From NCBI RefSeq assembly GCF_009914755.1, contig NC_060942.1: a DNA stretch of 64,000 nucleotides; one strand, 5' to 3'. This DNA is from the human T2T-CHM13v2.0 reference genome, Homo sapiens. Position 1 is the first letter of the stretch. Every line of letters begins with the position of its first letter. A program made the translations under genes and the position numbers. A model generated the notes under the pieces. It worked only from the letters and a program-made list of their open reading frames with translations, did not search any database and had not been told where the DNA came from. Below are positions 1 through 13,360 of the stretch, piece after piece.

Positions 1-2313
1 TGGCATTTAATAAGATAATAAATAGCATGCTGCTGCTTTGAATCTTCCATATTTGTCTGTAGAGCCCCTGTTTTCTAATGCAGTTTATGTAAAGTTTTTC
101 TACTTTTTCTTGGGCAGTATCTATTTTAATTACTTTTAAATGACTTGGATGTATTAATGTTTTCTCTTTTAACAAAAATCACAATTATACCCCAAATTAT
201 TTTTGCATAAAAAGTATATGCTTTTAAAAATAAATGATATGACAAAAATATTAGCTATAAAACTATCACCATGAGAATACTGCCTGTCCTAATCCCTTAA
301 GGATATTTATTAGGGAGGAAAAAAATAACAGAGGTCGTTTGCTTTTCAGTGACCAGGTTCTTCATACACATGGATGTCTCACAGATCAGCTAAGGCCTGT
401 GTTTGAACACCTTGGTCACCCCTGCAAGGAGCCATGCTCCAGCATTTGCCATCCACAGAACGGTGCTAATAGAGTCTATTTCTGGAGAATGGAGGAGAGA
501 TTAACTTCTTGTTCATGATAAATCAAGGGTATCTGATTTGCCTGTTACATGCCCAGTTTTCTTTGGAAGCAAGCCCTAGAAGCTGTTTTTCTGATCTAAT
601 CCTAATTCTCACATTAGTGCTTATGAAAGAGGAAAACAACATTTACTCACGATAAAGACTGAGTTCTAGCCATTATAAATCTTATCAATTGCCTTGTGAA
701 GGTTAGGGGGAAAAAGAAGGAAAAAAATGATTGTACTCACTCACACTTGCATCTGGACTAATGTTCCTATTCCCGTTGTTGAGTGTTCTGAGATTTCTAA
801 GACTGGCACAAATGGAAATAGCAGCAGAGATAAAGTTGGGAACCTTAGGAGATATCTGACTGATGAATGTTGCACTATAAAGAGTGGCCAGTAACAGTTC
901 GATAAGGAAAATTATTATAGTTTACTCATTACTGGGAAATATTAGCAAACCTAAACATTTCATTTTTTTTTCTATTTTTCTTATAAGCCACCAAGATTGG
1001 TAGAAGTGCTCTTAACAAATATTTGCCACGTTAATATTTAGAATCACACACATGCATACATACATACATAAGATGTATAATGATTTTTTGGCTTCAGTAA
1101 AGGTACTTGGTACATAATATACATTCTATATAATATTTTGGTTAATTGCCTGAAAAGAAGCGTATTTTTCCCAAGACAAATACAAAACATATTTATCTAA
1201 GATGTAGGCCAACAAATAACCATTTTCCATAGGTTAAGATATACACTTGCACATGAGCAGTTCTTCAGTTTCAACAACCATTTTTTGAGTATCAGTTATG
1301 TGCTAGTGCTCACTCTGAGATACAACAGAGGTGAACAGAGCAGCTGAATGTGAACCATTGATGGCCGCACGTCTGTCCACCCTTCTTAGTTCATTTGTGT
1401 TTTGGCACCATCCATTAGCCTTGGGAAGGCGTGTTTTTGACAGAGGGATAAAGAAACACAGTGACAGAAATGTGTACTTTCTGGACTATTGCTTTATTTC
1501 TTCCCATTTATTTGTGAAGTCATTAGAATGCCCGTCTATCAGCATTACATAGAGCCTGCAGTTTCCCTAAGAAACTGTCAACTTTGGGGACAAAAATAAG
1601 GAAAGTTTCTTACTCCTCTGTTTCTATCTTTTGATCTTTTTAAAAGACATCTAGTAACAAAGTTAGGCTAAAAGGCTAAAAGCTGGTAAGCCACCAATCT
1701 ATATGGGGCATCAAAATATCACTAAAATAGGCTAGTAATATGATGCCAATTAATCAAGTTTTCCCTCATGGTTTCTTAAGATGGTATTGCCCTAGATATG
1801 ATAAAATATAACCCAAAATAGAAGATTCAAAACCATCAACAAACAAAAACAGAAAGCTTGCTTTCTGGCATCTACGTTTTGCCGTTGAATATTTTTGAGA
1901 TGTCCACATAAGTTCCAAGGAGCAGCTGCAGCCACACCACCACCCTGAGCCCAGCCAGCTGACAGTTGCCTAGAGTTGGCAGCCACAGCTAGCTGAAATT
2001 TGGAAACCCCCAAATGCTTAGGGTTGAGATGTGTCCAATTACCAAAATTATAAAGCCTTCATTAGGCTTTTGAAGAAGTTGTGTGGTCTGTAGAATTGCA
2101 TGTTTTGAACATAAAGAGGTTAGTTATTTTCAGAGGCAGGAGATCTTTTGGCCCCAGTGACCACTAAATATTAATAAATATTAAACACAAGTTAATTAAT
2201 GGTGATTTAAAGGGACCCCATGTTGTTAATTCATGTCAGTCTCTATTTGATGAAATGTATCTTTTTCTTTGTTTCCATTCACTCAATTTCTCTTCTTTTA
2301 GATATACACTTGT

Positions 2314-2316
<3 letters not shown>

Positions 2317-2353
<37 letters not shown>
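2317..2353. repeat. (AC)n microsatellite, about 18 units
   Basis: Uninterrupted acac run. Confidence 0.97.
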
Positions 2354-2354
<1 letters not shown>

Positions 2355-2829
2355 TTTGTTTTCCAGTCCGCACTCAAGTTTTGCAAGACAGTCCTGAAAA
2401 AGAAGTTTCAGTGGGGAGATAGAAGTGTTTTTTGCACTCTCTCCTGTTTGGTTGAAATCAGTTTTTCCACAATTCTTACAACAAGTTTTTCTCTAACAGA
2501 AAATGCACAGATTGAACAGTTGCCCTCCAAAACACTGGCAAGCAGGCGGCATGATGATTTCCTCTTCTAACGGATCCCAACTCATTTACTAAGACTCATT
2601 CAACTTTTAACAAAAAATTTGTCATTTCTCTTTCTTACTACAGCCATTGCCATCCTCTGTAAAATTACATGTGGACATTAAAACTTAAATGCTGTCCTAC
2701 AATGAAAATATTTTTAATGCCCTCCTCAAAGTTAAGAAAAAAAATTTACTATTTGTATTTTGTGTACCTGGGAAGTTATTCATGCTGAGTAACAGTACAA
2801 AACTTGAGCTGCCTTGCTTTCTGCTTCCA

Positions 2830-3125
2830 GGAATGCCAATCAGAGAACATTCTTTTTCAGGCAGCCAAGTTTGGAAGTCAGTTGGTTTCTGGCAGTGAGT
2901 AGGGGGAGGGGATGGCAGGGGAAGCATAGTGAGTCCTCGGGCTGATGTTCAGCTTCCAAGTGTTTCCGTAATATCCGTCAATGAAAGCATCTCCTTTTAC
3001 CCACGTAGAGACAGGTAAAAAGACAGCTGAGTAAATCAGCATTAGATGTAACAGCGGAAGCTCAGTCAGAGGGAGCGGGGAGGGAGGGCGCATGAAAGCC
3101 TGCCATTGGCGAGCTTACCAAAGGC
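2830..3125. promoter_or_regulatory. Candidate enhancer or alternative promoter in unique sequence
   Basis: About 8 CpGs in 2938-3111 against a depleted background; GCCAATCAGA 2835-2844, ATTGG 3105-3109, CGGAAG 3055-3060, GC-box-like GGGAGCGGGGAGGGAGGGCG 3071-3090. Confidence 0.4.
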
Positions 3126-5369
3126 ATCTGCCAGTGGGACTTCAATGGAATGTGAAACCAAATCATTTTCAAGTTAAAGATAGACACAGTACACACCAGG
3201 ATCTAGAGGCTGGATTTCATACTCATAGCTCTCCCTAGAATTTCAGAGAGTTCTGTTATGATCTCTGTTGTAATTACCAATTTGGTTCAAGTTTGTTCTT
3301 TAAATGAATATGCTTAGAATTCACATATGTTCTGGATGTACTGGAATTAAAAGGATTTAAGAGATCATGGTGTGCATGTTCTAGGGTAAGTGAAAAGATT
3401 GGTTTTTAAAGTGCATCGCTTTTCTGGGATGCTTAATATTGAATTTTTCTTTTTATCTGTGTGAATGAAAAGGTCAAGATTTTTCAGTGTTGTAGCTTGC
3501 TTACCTTTCTTAAGATACTTGGTATTTTACATTTTGTGCAGCAGAAAGAGGATTTTTGCTTAGTTTTGAAATTTACATTGCAAGTCTGTAACTTCAGTTT
3601 TGACTTTATCCTTATTTGTTTTTCCCTCTATTCTTCTCTTAAGCACTATGAGTTTACTGAGTTACAATCTCAATAGTTTTATGTCACAACACAGACTGAA
3701 TGCTACTGTGTCTATTATGCCATTGGATGAAACTATATTATTGTGAGATGGAGTTCAGTTTCCCCTGCATGTTACTAAGTCACTTCCCAATTTGAGAAAC
3801 AAAAAAAGGAAAAAGGAGAGGAAAGGTGCTCTAAAGGTGGCTTAAACTGCGTAAGGAGCCTTTAGAAGATATTCTACTTTTTAAAAAGCAACTGAGAAAA
3901 AAAATAGGCACTTTTCAGGAAGAGAAGAATTAATAGAAGTTATTTTTTAGTGTTATCTCATTAATTCCAAGCAGGTTCCCCTCCTTCAGGAAAAAAAAAA
4001 AAGCTGAAATTTGCTAAGTGGATGGAGGCGTTCTGATTTTACAGAGCTTGAGAGAAGACAAGGGAGAGGAAGAGTTGTCTGATTTTGCTATTGTCGCACT
4101 GTTTTAGGACTTCAAACTTCTTCTTGAAAAGAATGACAAACTTTAGTTCTCTTCATGTTTTGCCCATGTATAGGTTTTGTTTCTTGTTTTGTCAAATGAC
4201 CTCTCCCTCTGCTCTTAGAGACAGCTCTTCCAAACTTGCACAGCATTCCTTCTGAATAAATACTGTCCATAATAGTCACAGAGTACATGGTGTGAATTGG
4301 AAATTCTACTTTATATGGGGAAAATAAATCTGCTGACGCTGTTATTACAGAGTGCACAGATGAACAGTTGTTAAATGTAACTGGCCAGTTTTTTGTCTTG
4401 TCAAATAGACCAGATTCTAATGAACTAAGTTGGCTAAACTAGGTACAAACAATGAAGGGCTTCTTATGGATTTTTCATTCAACTTTGATGAGAATAAGTA
4501 ATACACTGTGTCACTCTTCTAAAATGAAAAATGGGCATTATATTGATAAAGTCATTTGATTTTACAACTACTGAGTAATCTAGTGAGGCCAAGCAAATGT
4601 GAAGTTGGCAGAGCTCAGTTCTGATGCCCCTTTCCTCCTTTCTCTGTCCAATTTTCCCTCCCTCTCAGTCCTCCTTATCCCTCCAGACCCCTGATGAATA
4701 TGACTACTCAGCGCCCCCGTTTTCTTGTCAAGCAAGACCTATACTCAAGAAAGAATCTGACTTAAGAGAGTTTTAAAGTCAATGTACTAAGTCCCCCAGT
4801 AATATTTGCTTTTCAGTGTAAATATCTGACCTTGTGACAGTTTAGACAATTTGTTAAATGATAGTTAACCTTGGGTAATACTTATAATTAACCCCTTTAG
4901 GTTGCAAGCAATTGCAATTAATTTTCATTTCCCCATAATCATGTGTTAACTTTGTAAATTTTCTGTGGTCATACTGGGTGCCTTGTGACATTGTATTACC
5001 AGTTGTGTACTGAATGGTTGACAATAAGAATGAACCTGGCAGAAATCACAGGTGCTTCCAAGAAGTTTGTGAATGCATGCACCTGGGTGCTCACCATACA
5101 CTCAGGTACACACAGTAACACATGTAGGCATACCTTTTATGTAACTAATATGTTTTTTATTGAATTATAAAATAAATGAAAATATGTTAGGCTTACCAGT
5201 GTGGGATTTGGGTTTTTTTTCAGTGTGTCAAAAAAAAACACAAAAAAGAACACAAAATGTAAAATTCTAAAATGAAGAATGTTAAACTATGTGGCCAAAT
5301 AGTGTTGACAGAAAAAGAGACAAATATTTCTCTGCTACTATTATATCACTTTTATAGTTTCTAATTCTT

Positions 5370-6040
5370 GTATAAAATTGTCAATCTTAGCTTTTATTCT
5401 TTTGAACATCCTAAGTGTAGTTTTATAATCTATTTCTGATAATTATAGTATCTCAAGTGTTACTGGATTTGTTTCTATTATTACTCTTCCTGCTAGTTCT
5501 CATTCATGGTGTCTTAATTTCTTGGTTGCTTGGATATCTTTGACTCTATGCTGGAAATGTATTTTTAAAATTACATTATAATTAAAGATCGTAAGAGTAA
5601 GTTGAGATCTAAGTGATAATGTTTTCCTCCAGAGAAGACTTTGGTTTGCTTCTGCCAGGCACCTGGGGGCGATATCAGACCAGAATCATCTTAGACAAAG
5701 TACAACTCCTGATGTTCCCTGAATCACCTCTGTGACAAGAAGGCTGCAAATCAGTGAGAGGAATGGTAGGTTCACTCCTCCCCTAAAGGAGAGTATGACC
5801 TTTCATGACACCAGCATAAAGCTGGGTTAGTTAATTAAAGCCCCACCTGAGGGCCAAGGACTTTGACTTTTCTATGAAGCACAGAAAGCTACTTGAAGTG
5901 TAAAGCTAGATTCTCAGATCTTTTTTCCTGATAGTCATATGCCCAAGGGCTTTTAAAAGTGACCTCACCTCTCTGATTTCTGATCTTCTCCTAAGTTTTC
6001 ATATGCCAAATCTTCACCATCTTACTAAAGGCTCTTTGCT
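5370..6040 (-). mobile_element. Ancient L1ME-type 5' region fragment
   Basis: TTTCCTCCAGAGAAGACTTTGGTTTGCTTCTGCCAGGCACCTGGGGGC resembles recalled antisense L1ME 5'-end consensus; boundaries approximate. Confidence 0.55.
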
Positions 6041-6044
6041 GTTT

Positions 6045-6365
6045 TTTGTTTGGTTGGTTGGTTTTTTGTTTTGTTTTGTTTTGTTTTATTCTGTTGCCCA
6101 GGCTAGAGTGCAGTGACATGACGCGATTGATCTCCACTCACTGCAACCTCTGCCTCTTGGGTTCAAGTGATTCTCGTACCTTGGCCTCCCAAGTAGCTGG
6201 GATTACAGGCACATGCCACCATGCTTGGTTAATTTTTGTATTTTTAGTAGAGTCGGGTTTTCAACATGTTGGCCAGGCTCATCTCGAACTCCTGGCCTCA
6301 AGTGATCCACCTGCCTCAGCTTCCCAAAGTGCTGGGATTACAGGCATGAGCTACCATGCCCAGCC
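6045..6365 (-). mobile_element. Alu (old S/J type) with GTTTT-type tail
   Basis: Antisense dimeric Alu ending CCCAAAGTGCTGGGATTACAGGCATGAGCTACCATGCCCAGCC. Confidence 0.95.
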
Positions 6366-6701
6366 TCTTTACTGTTTTTATATCTCAAATATCTTTATTA
6401 CATCAGGTAATACATACAAATATCTTATTACATCGGGTATATCAGTCCAGATTCTCTCATTACTGTTACCAGAAATGGAAATTCATCCTACTGCTATTAT
6501 AGTTGTTTCTTTTTACACTCTTCGTTCTAGAGAACATATCAAAGTTTGCTGATATCATTAATGATTTCAGATAACTTTTCTGATTTTATTTTTTAGTTGT
6601 GACCTGATATATTCAAACTTTTTGGAGAAAATTGCATATGCATGCTGATTGAAAGATTCATGTTTTCTGACTTTATTTGAGCTGTCAACACCACCTAACA
6701 G

Positions 6702-7056
6702 TTCTTTTTTTTAATTATACGCAAGTTGTGGGATACATGTGCAGAACGTGCAGGTTTGTTACATAGGGATACATGTGCCATGGTGGTTTGCTGCACCCGT
6801 CAACCCGTCATCTACATCACGTATTTCTCCTAATGCTATCCCTCCCCTAGCCCCCAATTCCCTGACAGGCCCCAGTGTGTGATGTTCCCCTCCCTGTGCC
6901 CATATATTCTCATTGTTCAACTCCCACTTATGAATGAGAACGTGTGGTGTTCGGTTTTCTGTTCCTGTGTTAGTTTGCTGGGAATGATGGTTTCCAGCTT
7001 CATCCATGTCCCTGCAAAGGACATGAACACATTCTTTTTTATGGCTGTGCAGTATT
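6702..7056 (-). mobile_element. L1PA (about PA7/8) 3' end, 5'-truncated
   Basis: GGATACATGTGCAGAACGTGCAGGTTTGTTACATAGG...CATCCATGTCCCTGCAAAGGACATGAAC is the antisense L1PA 3'UTR/ORF2 end. Confidence 0.93.
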
Positions 7057-7189
7057 ATTTGTCCCTAGCTGGCCCCTTTCCTTGGCAATTTCTTTAACCT
7101 CTAATCCATCCCACAAGCATCCTTCACTCTCAGAAGTTGATTTTGACTCTTTCTGGTTTCTCTTGGCCTATATCCAGTACTAAGACATT

Positions 7190-7850
7190 TAAAAAATCTT
7201 CTTAAATCCCGTGCTTTCCATTCTCTCTGCAGTTGCTCTACTTCAGGTCTTCATCATTTAACTTGGCTATTATATGGTCTTCCAGTTGTTCTCCTGTCTC
7301 TAAGCTCCATCCACACCCTCACCCTGCCACTACATACACACTTGCTGAAACCAACATACCCATCTTCTAAAAACTATAGACTTCAATTAATTGCTCCCCT
7401 ACTTAAAAATCTTTAGTGATTCATGACTCCCTTCAAAATAAAGCTTAGTGTCCTTAGTATGTCTTAAAAGGTCCATCACAAAGCCTCGATCTGTTTCTCA
7501 AACATTGACTCCACTGCTTCACTGGTTATCACCAACACTTCAATCACATACAATGGCTGCCTCCACAATATGCCGTATACTATTTTAGCTCTGTGCTAGT
7601 CTACCTTTCCCCACCGCCCCCCGCCCCCCCAGAATGCCTATTGCTTCTCTCCTTTGTGGGAAAACCCCACTTTTCCTTTAGGGTTGACCTCATAAGTCAC
7701 CTTCACTGTACTTTCTGTACTTTCTTTTTAAGTGTATAGCTCACCCACTGTTCTGGGAGTCCCTAATGCTGTGGCTTGTGTCTTACTCGCTTTTTTATTC
7801 TCAGTCACTGACACACAGGAACCACTCAAAAAAATGTTTAAGAAATGAAC
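7190..7850 (+). mobile_element. L2 3' fragment
   Basis: CTCCCCTACTTAAAAATCTTTAGTGATTC-type L2 motifs and an L2-like end (CACACAGGAACCACTCAAAAAAATGTTTAAGAAATGAA). Confidence 0.65.
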
Positions 7851-8429
7851 AGATGACTATTCAGAAGAAGTTTGTTTCTGAGGAATTTGTTTTGTTAATA
7901 TATTCTTTTCCATTCTAAACATCATTTTTTCTTTTGACCTTAGACTCTTTGTCTAGAATAATGATCATTAGTAATCCTGTATGTCAAGTGGAGTCAGTAA
8001 AAACATGTTTATTTGGCTGTTGTCACTGTCTTGGGGAAAGGGAATTCTCTATTTTCTTTCTTTCTTTTTTTTTTTTTTACCAAATGTGATGTATAACTTG
8101 ATTGTGACAACAAGAGAGTAGAAATTTAAGTATGGTGAGTCAGCTGTTTATTATCAGAGAGATTCATAATCAAAAGAGTCATAGAGTGGGAAAACTGACA
8201 TATTTCAACAAATCTAGTCCAGAATGTTAAATAGCACAATGGGAAAATGTCAATGAGGCACAACTAAATGAAAATTATCTCATTGCATACAACCTCAATT
8301 TCAACCATTAGAAAACACTGGGTTGTTTTCAAATCACAGTGTGGTGCTACAAAGAAAGCAGTTGAGTGTTTATGTAATACAATATTGTGAAAGCTTGTGG
8401 AAAACTTTTCTTAAAATTTTTAAGGCCTT

Positions 8430-8766
<337 letters not shown>

Positions 8767-9506
8767 CTATGCTAAGCAAAGAAAAACTGTATTTGTTTAT
8801 TAAACATTGAATATAGTTGATGGGAACCAGAGGAAGAGGAAATATAACTTATTAATTCCAAGGATGTTTAATTAATTTTATACTCTTTGGACCACTTATA
8901 AACTTTTTACACATTTATTGTGAGGCTTTGATACGCCAACTTCTGAGATTTAGATAAATAAGAAACTTGGCTTATATTATTTCTCATACAGGACACTCCT
9001 ACCTTCACAAAGAGAAAAGCCCCAGTATGGGTGGGGCTTCAGAATGTATCTTCAGAAAATGTATCTTCAGAAAACATCTTTGAATTTAATGAAATGTTCA
9101 AACTCAGTGTTTGAGATCCCAGAATTCTTCATCGCAAAATATGAAAATATGATATTGGCCTTTCTTTTTTGCCTCATCTATAAAAGAACTCTAAACTAGC
9201 TCTTGAATAATGGCTGATTTCTAATCATAACTTCCAAACAGCTGAACTCATTTTTCTCATTAATTCAATAATTTGAACTCCTACCTTTTGTTCTAACTGT
9301 GTAGACAATGAAATTACTTATTCACCCCCTTCACCGGACACTGGTACTGAAGGATATCATGTTAAAACAATGAATTTAATTAACAATTTTTTTCTTTTTT
9401 GTTGTTGAAAAGGGAAAACAAAACCCTCAAACCTGAAAAATTCCATATCCCTTCATTTTACTTTTTCTTATTACAGAAGCAATGTAGGAAAATCATGACT
9501 TTACCT

Positions 9507-9824
9507 GTTTTTGGTTGTCGTTGTTTTGTTTTCTTGTTGTTTCTTTTTTGAGACAAAGTCTTGCTCTGTCGCCCAGGCTAGAGTACAGCTGTCAGCTCAC
9601 TGCAGCCTCTACCTCCTGGGTTCAAGCAATTCTCCTGCCGCAGCCTCCCAAGTAGCTGGGATTACAGGCACCCGCCACCACGCCTAGCTAATTTTTTGTA
9701 TTTTTAGTAGAGACAGGCTTTCATCATGTTGGCCAGGCTGATTCGAACTCCTGACCTCAAGCGATCTGCTTGCCTCAGCCTTCCAAAGTGCTGGGATTAC
9801 AGGTGTGAGCCACCGTGTCCAGCC
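9507..9824 (-). mobile_element. AluS
   Basis: Antisense dimeric Alu with GT/T-rich tail. Confidence 0.95.
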
Positions 9825-10619
9825 AACAAATTTCTTTATGTATCTTTCATTGATATTTTAAATGTATTTGTCTTAATCTCCACACATATTTAAAAAGTCA
9901 TTTTGCCTTTCTCAACAACTAGTATTTTCTTCTCAGAAAGCTAAGTTAGAGGATAGTCTTGAGATTCTTAAAAAATCTCTTGTTTAGGAGATACTTATGT
10001 AACAGAAGAGCTTAAAGAGAGCTGAATAAATTCTGAAAAAAAGTTAAGTCAAATGTGTATTTTTTATTACATATTTAATTAAATCTTAATATAAAATAGA
10101 AACACATTTATTTGCATAAATAAAACTGGACTTGGCATTTTTGCAAAATAAAAATGATGTAAAGATGACTCAGACACTCTGAATCATGAAAGTTTTGTAA
10201 ACCTCTAAGTATTTTAAAAAGAGCAATAGAGTTACTTTAATTATTTTTCTTTTTAAGTCTCAGTTTATTTTTTGTACTCATTCCTATATAGTGTGATAGT
10301 TCACACATTTATAGATGCTGAAACAATGAATTCACTGAATTAATCACAGTTCAGGAATACAGATGCCTTAATTAGTTTTTTACAAGATATAATTTTGAAT
10401 GAAATTTATCTTCCAATGCATATGAACTTCCAGGTCTTAGATTGTTCATTTCTACATATTTGAAGAATCATGTTTACTAACCAAAAGATATTTAACACCT
10501 CAGATAAATGTAGCAATTCTTCCCAGATGCATCCAATGTTTGAAGTTATTTTGTAGGTAAGAGACATTTATTTTACATATGATAAAACTAAGATGTAGAC
10601 ATATGAAGTGTTCCAGATA

Positions 10620-11400
10620 TACTATGGGTGGTTTCCTCAGGTAACAAACAACTCTCAATTTCAGTGACATATAGAAACCAGGTTTCCTTCTCACTTATAC
10701 AATTTAGCCACCACAGATTAGCTGAAGGTTCTTCTCTACACAGCTGTTTTCACCTGGAAATGACCCATTTTCCTTATACTCACATTCCCTTAGCCAAAGC
10801 ATGCCATGTGGCCACACCTAACTTCAGTTGGATGGGAAGTATAATATGATCCTACCATTGGCCTAGAACAGGTGAGCCCCAGTACTGGGGCTTAGCCCAG
10901 GAGGGTTTTTGGCTTTGCCTAGGGCAGGAAAGAATTCAAGGGCAAGCCAGTGGTGTTAGACAGCAACTTTTACTGAAGTGGCAGTGTACAGCAGCAGCAG
11001 AGGTACTGCTCCTTGCAGAGCAGGGCTACCCCATAGAGTGTCCAGAGTAGCAGCTGAGAGGCAGTTTTGTGGTCATATTTATATCTTTAATTATAAGCAA
11101 ATTAAGGGGTGATTTATGCAGAAATTTTTAGGAGAAAGGTAACTTCTAGGTCACTGGTCATTGCTATGGAAAGGGGTTGTAACTTTTGGGTGTTGCCATA
11201 GCAATGGGGAACTGACATGGCATACTGCTAAGCATGTCTTATGGAAAGCTGTTTCCATACTGGCCCTGTTTTAGCTAGTCCTCAACTCCTTCCAGTGTCT
11301 GAGCCCAGCGTCTGGAGTCAAGTCCCTCCTCCTACCTCACCATGTGCTTAGAAAGAGAAAGGACTGGAATATTTATGTAGAGCTCTGAGGAATTTCTACA
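10620..11400 (-). mobile_element. MLT1 (J/K/L-like) MaLR LTR, split by a younger LTR
   Basis: CACATTCCCTTAGCCAAAGCATGCCATGTGGCCACACCTAACTTCA...GGGAAGTATAA...CCTACCAT resumes as GTGCTTAGAAAGAGAAAGGACTGGAATATT after the insert. Confidence 0.7.
10859..11339 (-). mobile_element. ERV1 solo LTR, MER66-like
   Basis: TG...CA ends; 4-bp TSD CCAT at 10855-10858 and 11340-11343; minus strand begins TGAGGTAGGAGGAGGGACTTGACTCCAGA as in recalled MER66 consensus. Confidence 0.85.
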
Positions 11401-12109
11401 CTATTGGATAATAGGCAGCCTAAAACTCCCTTAGTAACACAGATTTAGACTTAAAGTCATATATATCTGTGAACAGGTCCATACTTGGTAAATGTACGCC
11501 ACCTGCGATCTGATACTAATGTCTATTGCCTGTTTACATCTTTTGGCTCTTATCTCCACTGAGACTTTTCAGCTGTCTAAATCTTTACCATTTCCATGTC
11601 TGTGACCTTTTCTGTCCAGCTTCTCCACCACTATGGAATTCTAGGATTTTACCTATCCTTACACTTACCACTCAGGGAGTCCTGCCCATAAACAGTTTTG
11701 GGAAGTGTAAGGAGACTCCGTTGGGGCAATTCCTACAGAATGCAGAAAGTAAATGTGAAATCTTAATGCTTTCTCCTCTCTAGGAACTGCTCATATGTAG
11801 TACAGAAATGGAGAAAAAGGAAATTGAATACAATTCTAATCCTCAGCCCCCACTTTAATCAGTAGACAGAGTAAAAGGCCTAGGCTCAGGGAATATGGCA
11901 CAGAGGAATGGTGATGTATATTATATATTAGAAATACATAGTCTCGAATAGCATTTATATTATTGGTACTCTACCCTTTGCTTAGCATTTAGTTTTAAGC
12001 ACTAACTATAATCGATAAAACTCAGGAATTCAAAGATTGAGACACTTAAGAGTTGAAAATTTTTAAGCCAATATTTTAAGGTCCTTTGAATTGTCATTTA
12101 AATCAGCAA

Positions 12110-12422
12110 ATCCAATTTGTGTCCTTGGAAGCCAATAATTTTAGGAAATATTATGTGTGTATTGTGGGGAGGGCTGGGATAAGAATCTTGGATCAAATGA
12201 ATTTGGAACATGCTGTATACCGTATCCCTTTCTTGGAGATTTAGGTAAACATTTGCATTAAGAATGCATAAAAGTTCTACACTAAAGGGATATGTTTGAC
12301 TTTCTTTAACCCAGTGTTTTCCAGTGTAATTTGACTATGGAACTTTATAATTATAGATAGATACATAGATAGATAGAGATATATCACATTTCAACACCAC
12401 AAAACACACTTTGGTAATTCTG
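12110..12422. mobile_element. hAT-Charlie (Charlie4/MER112-like) relic
   Basis: TTTAACCCAGTGTTTTCCAGTGTAATTTGACTATGGAAC and AAACACACTTTGGTAATTCTG termini-like motifs. Confidence 0.5.
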
Positions 12423-12439
12423 GTTGCAAGAACCTCTAA

Positions 12440-13118
<679 letters not shown>

Positions 13119-13249
13119 ACCTCTAGTACATTGTATTAATAATTAAAAGTGCAATAATATTGCAGCTCATGTAATACTTTTATATAAAGCTAAGAATTTT
13201 AAAGGACTTTTATAAGTATCCTTAGTATTTGGCACTTTATTTTCATTCT

Positions 13250-13360
13250 CTTTTTTTTTAGCAGTTTTTATTCACTTAAAATCTACATGTAAAATTTACC
13301 ATCTTTACCATTTTTAAGTGTAGAGTTCAATGGTAATAAATACATTTGTATTCTTTTTTT
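13250..13360 (-). mobile_element. L1MB-like 3' tip
   Basis: AAAATTTACCATCTTTACCATTTTTAAGTGTAGAGTTCAATGG. Confidence 0.65.

Noticed and set aside
640-5200. Cluster of minus-strand splice donors (about 650, 740, 1612, 3117, 3504, 5196) suggesting alternative first exons, e.g. MIWFHIPLKSHWQMPL
   Set aside because: GTRAG occurs often by chance and also on the plus strand here; candidate exons do not join into a continuous frame and no peptide is recognisable
6046-6552. 168-aa ORF and other Alu-derived ORFs (8520, 12492, 19079, 35067, 46046, 52214, 52330, 56574, 61622, 63392)
   Set aside because: Typical Alu translations ([18 protein letters not shown]); not genes
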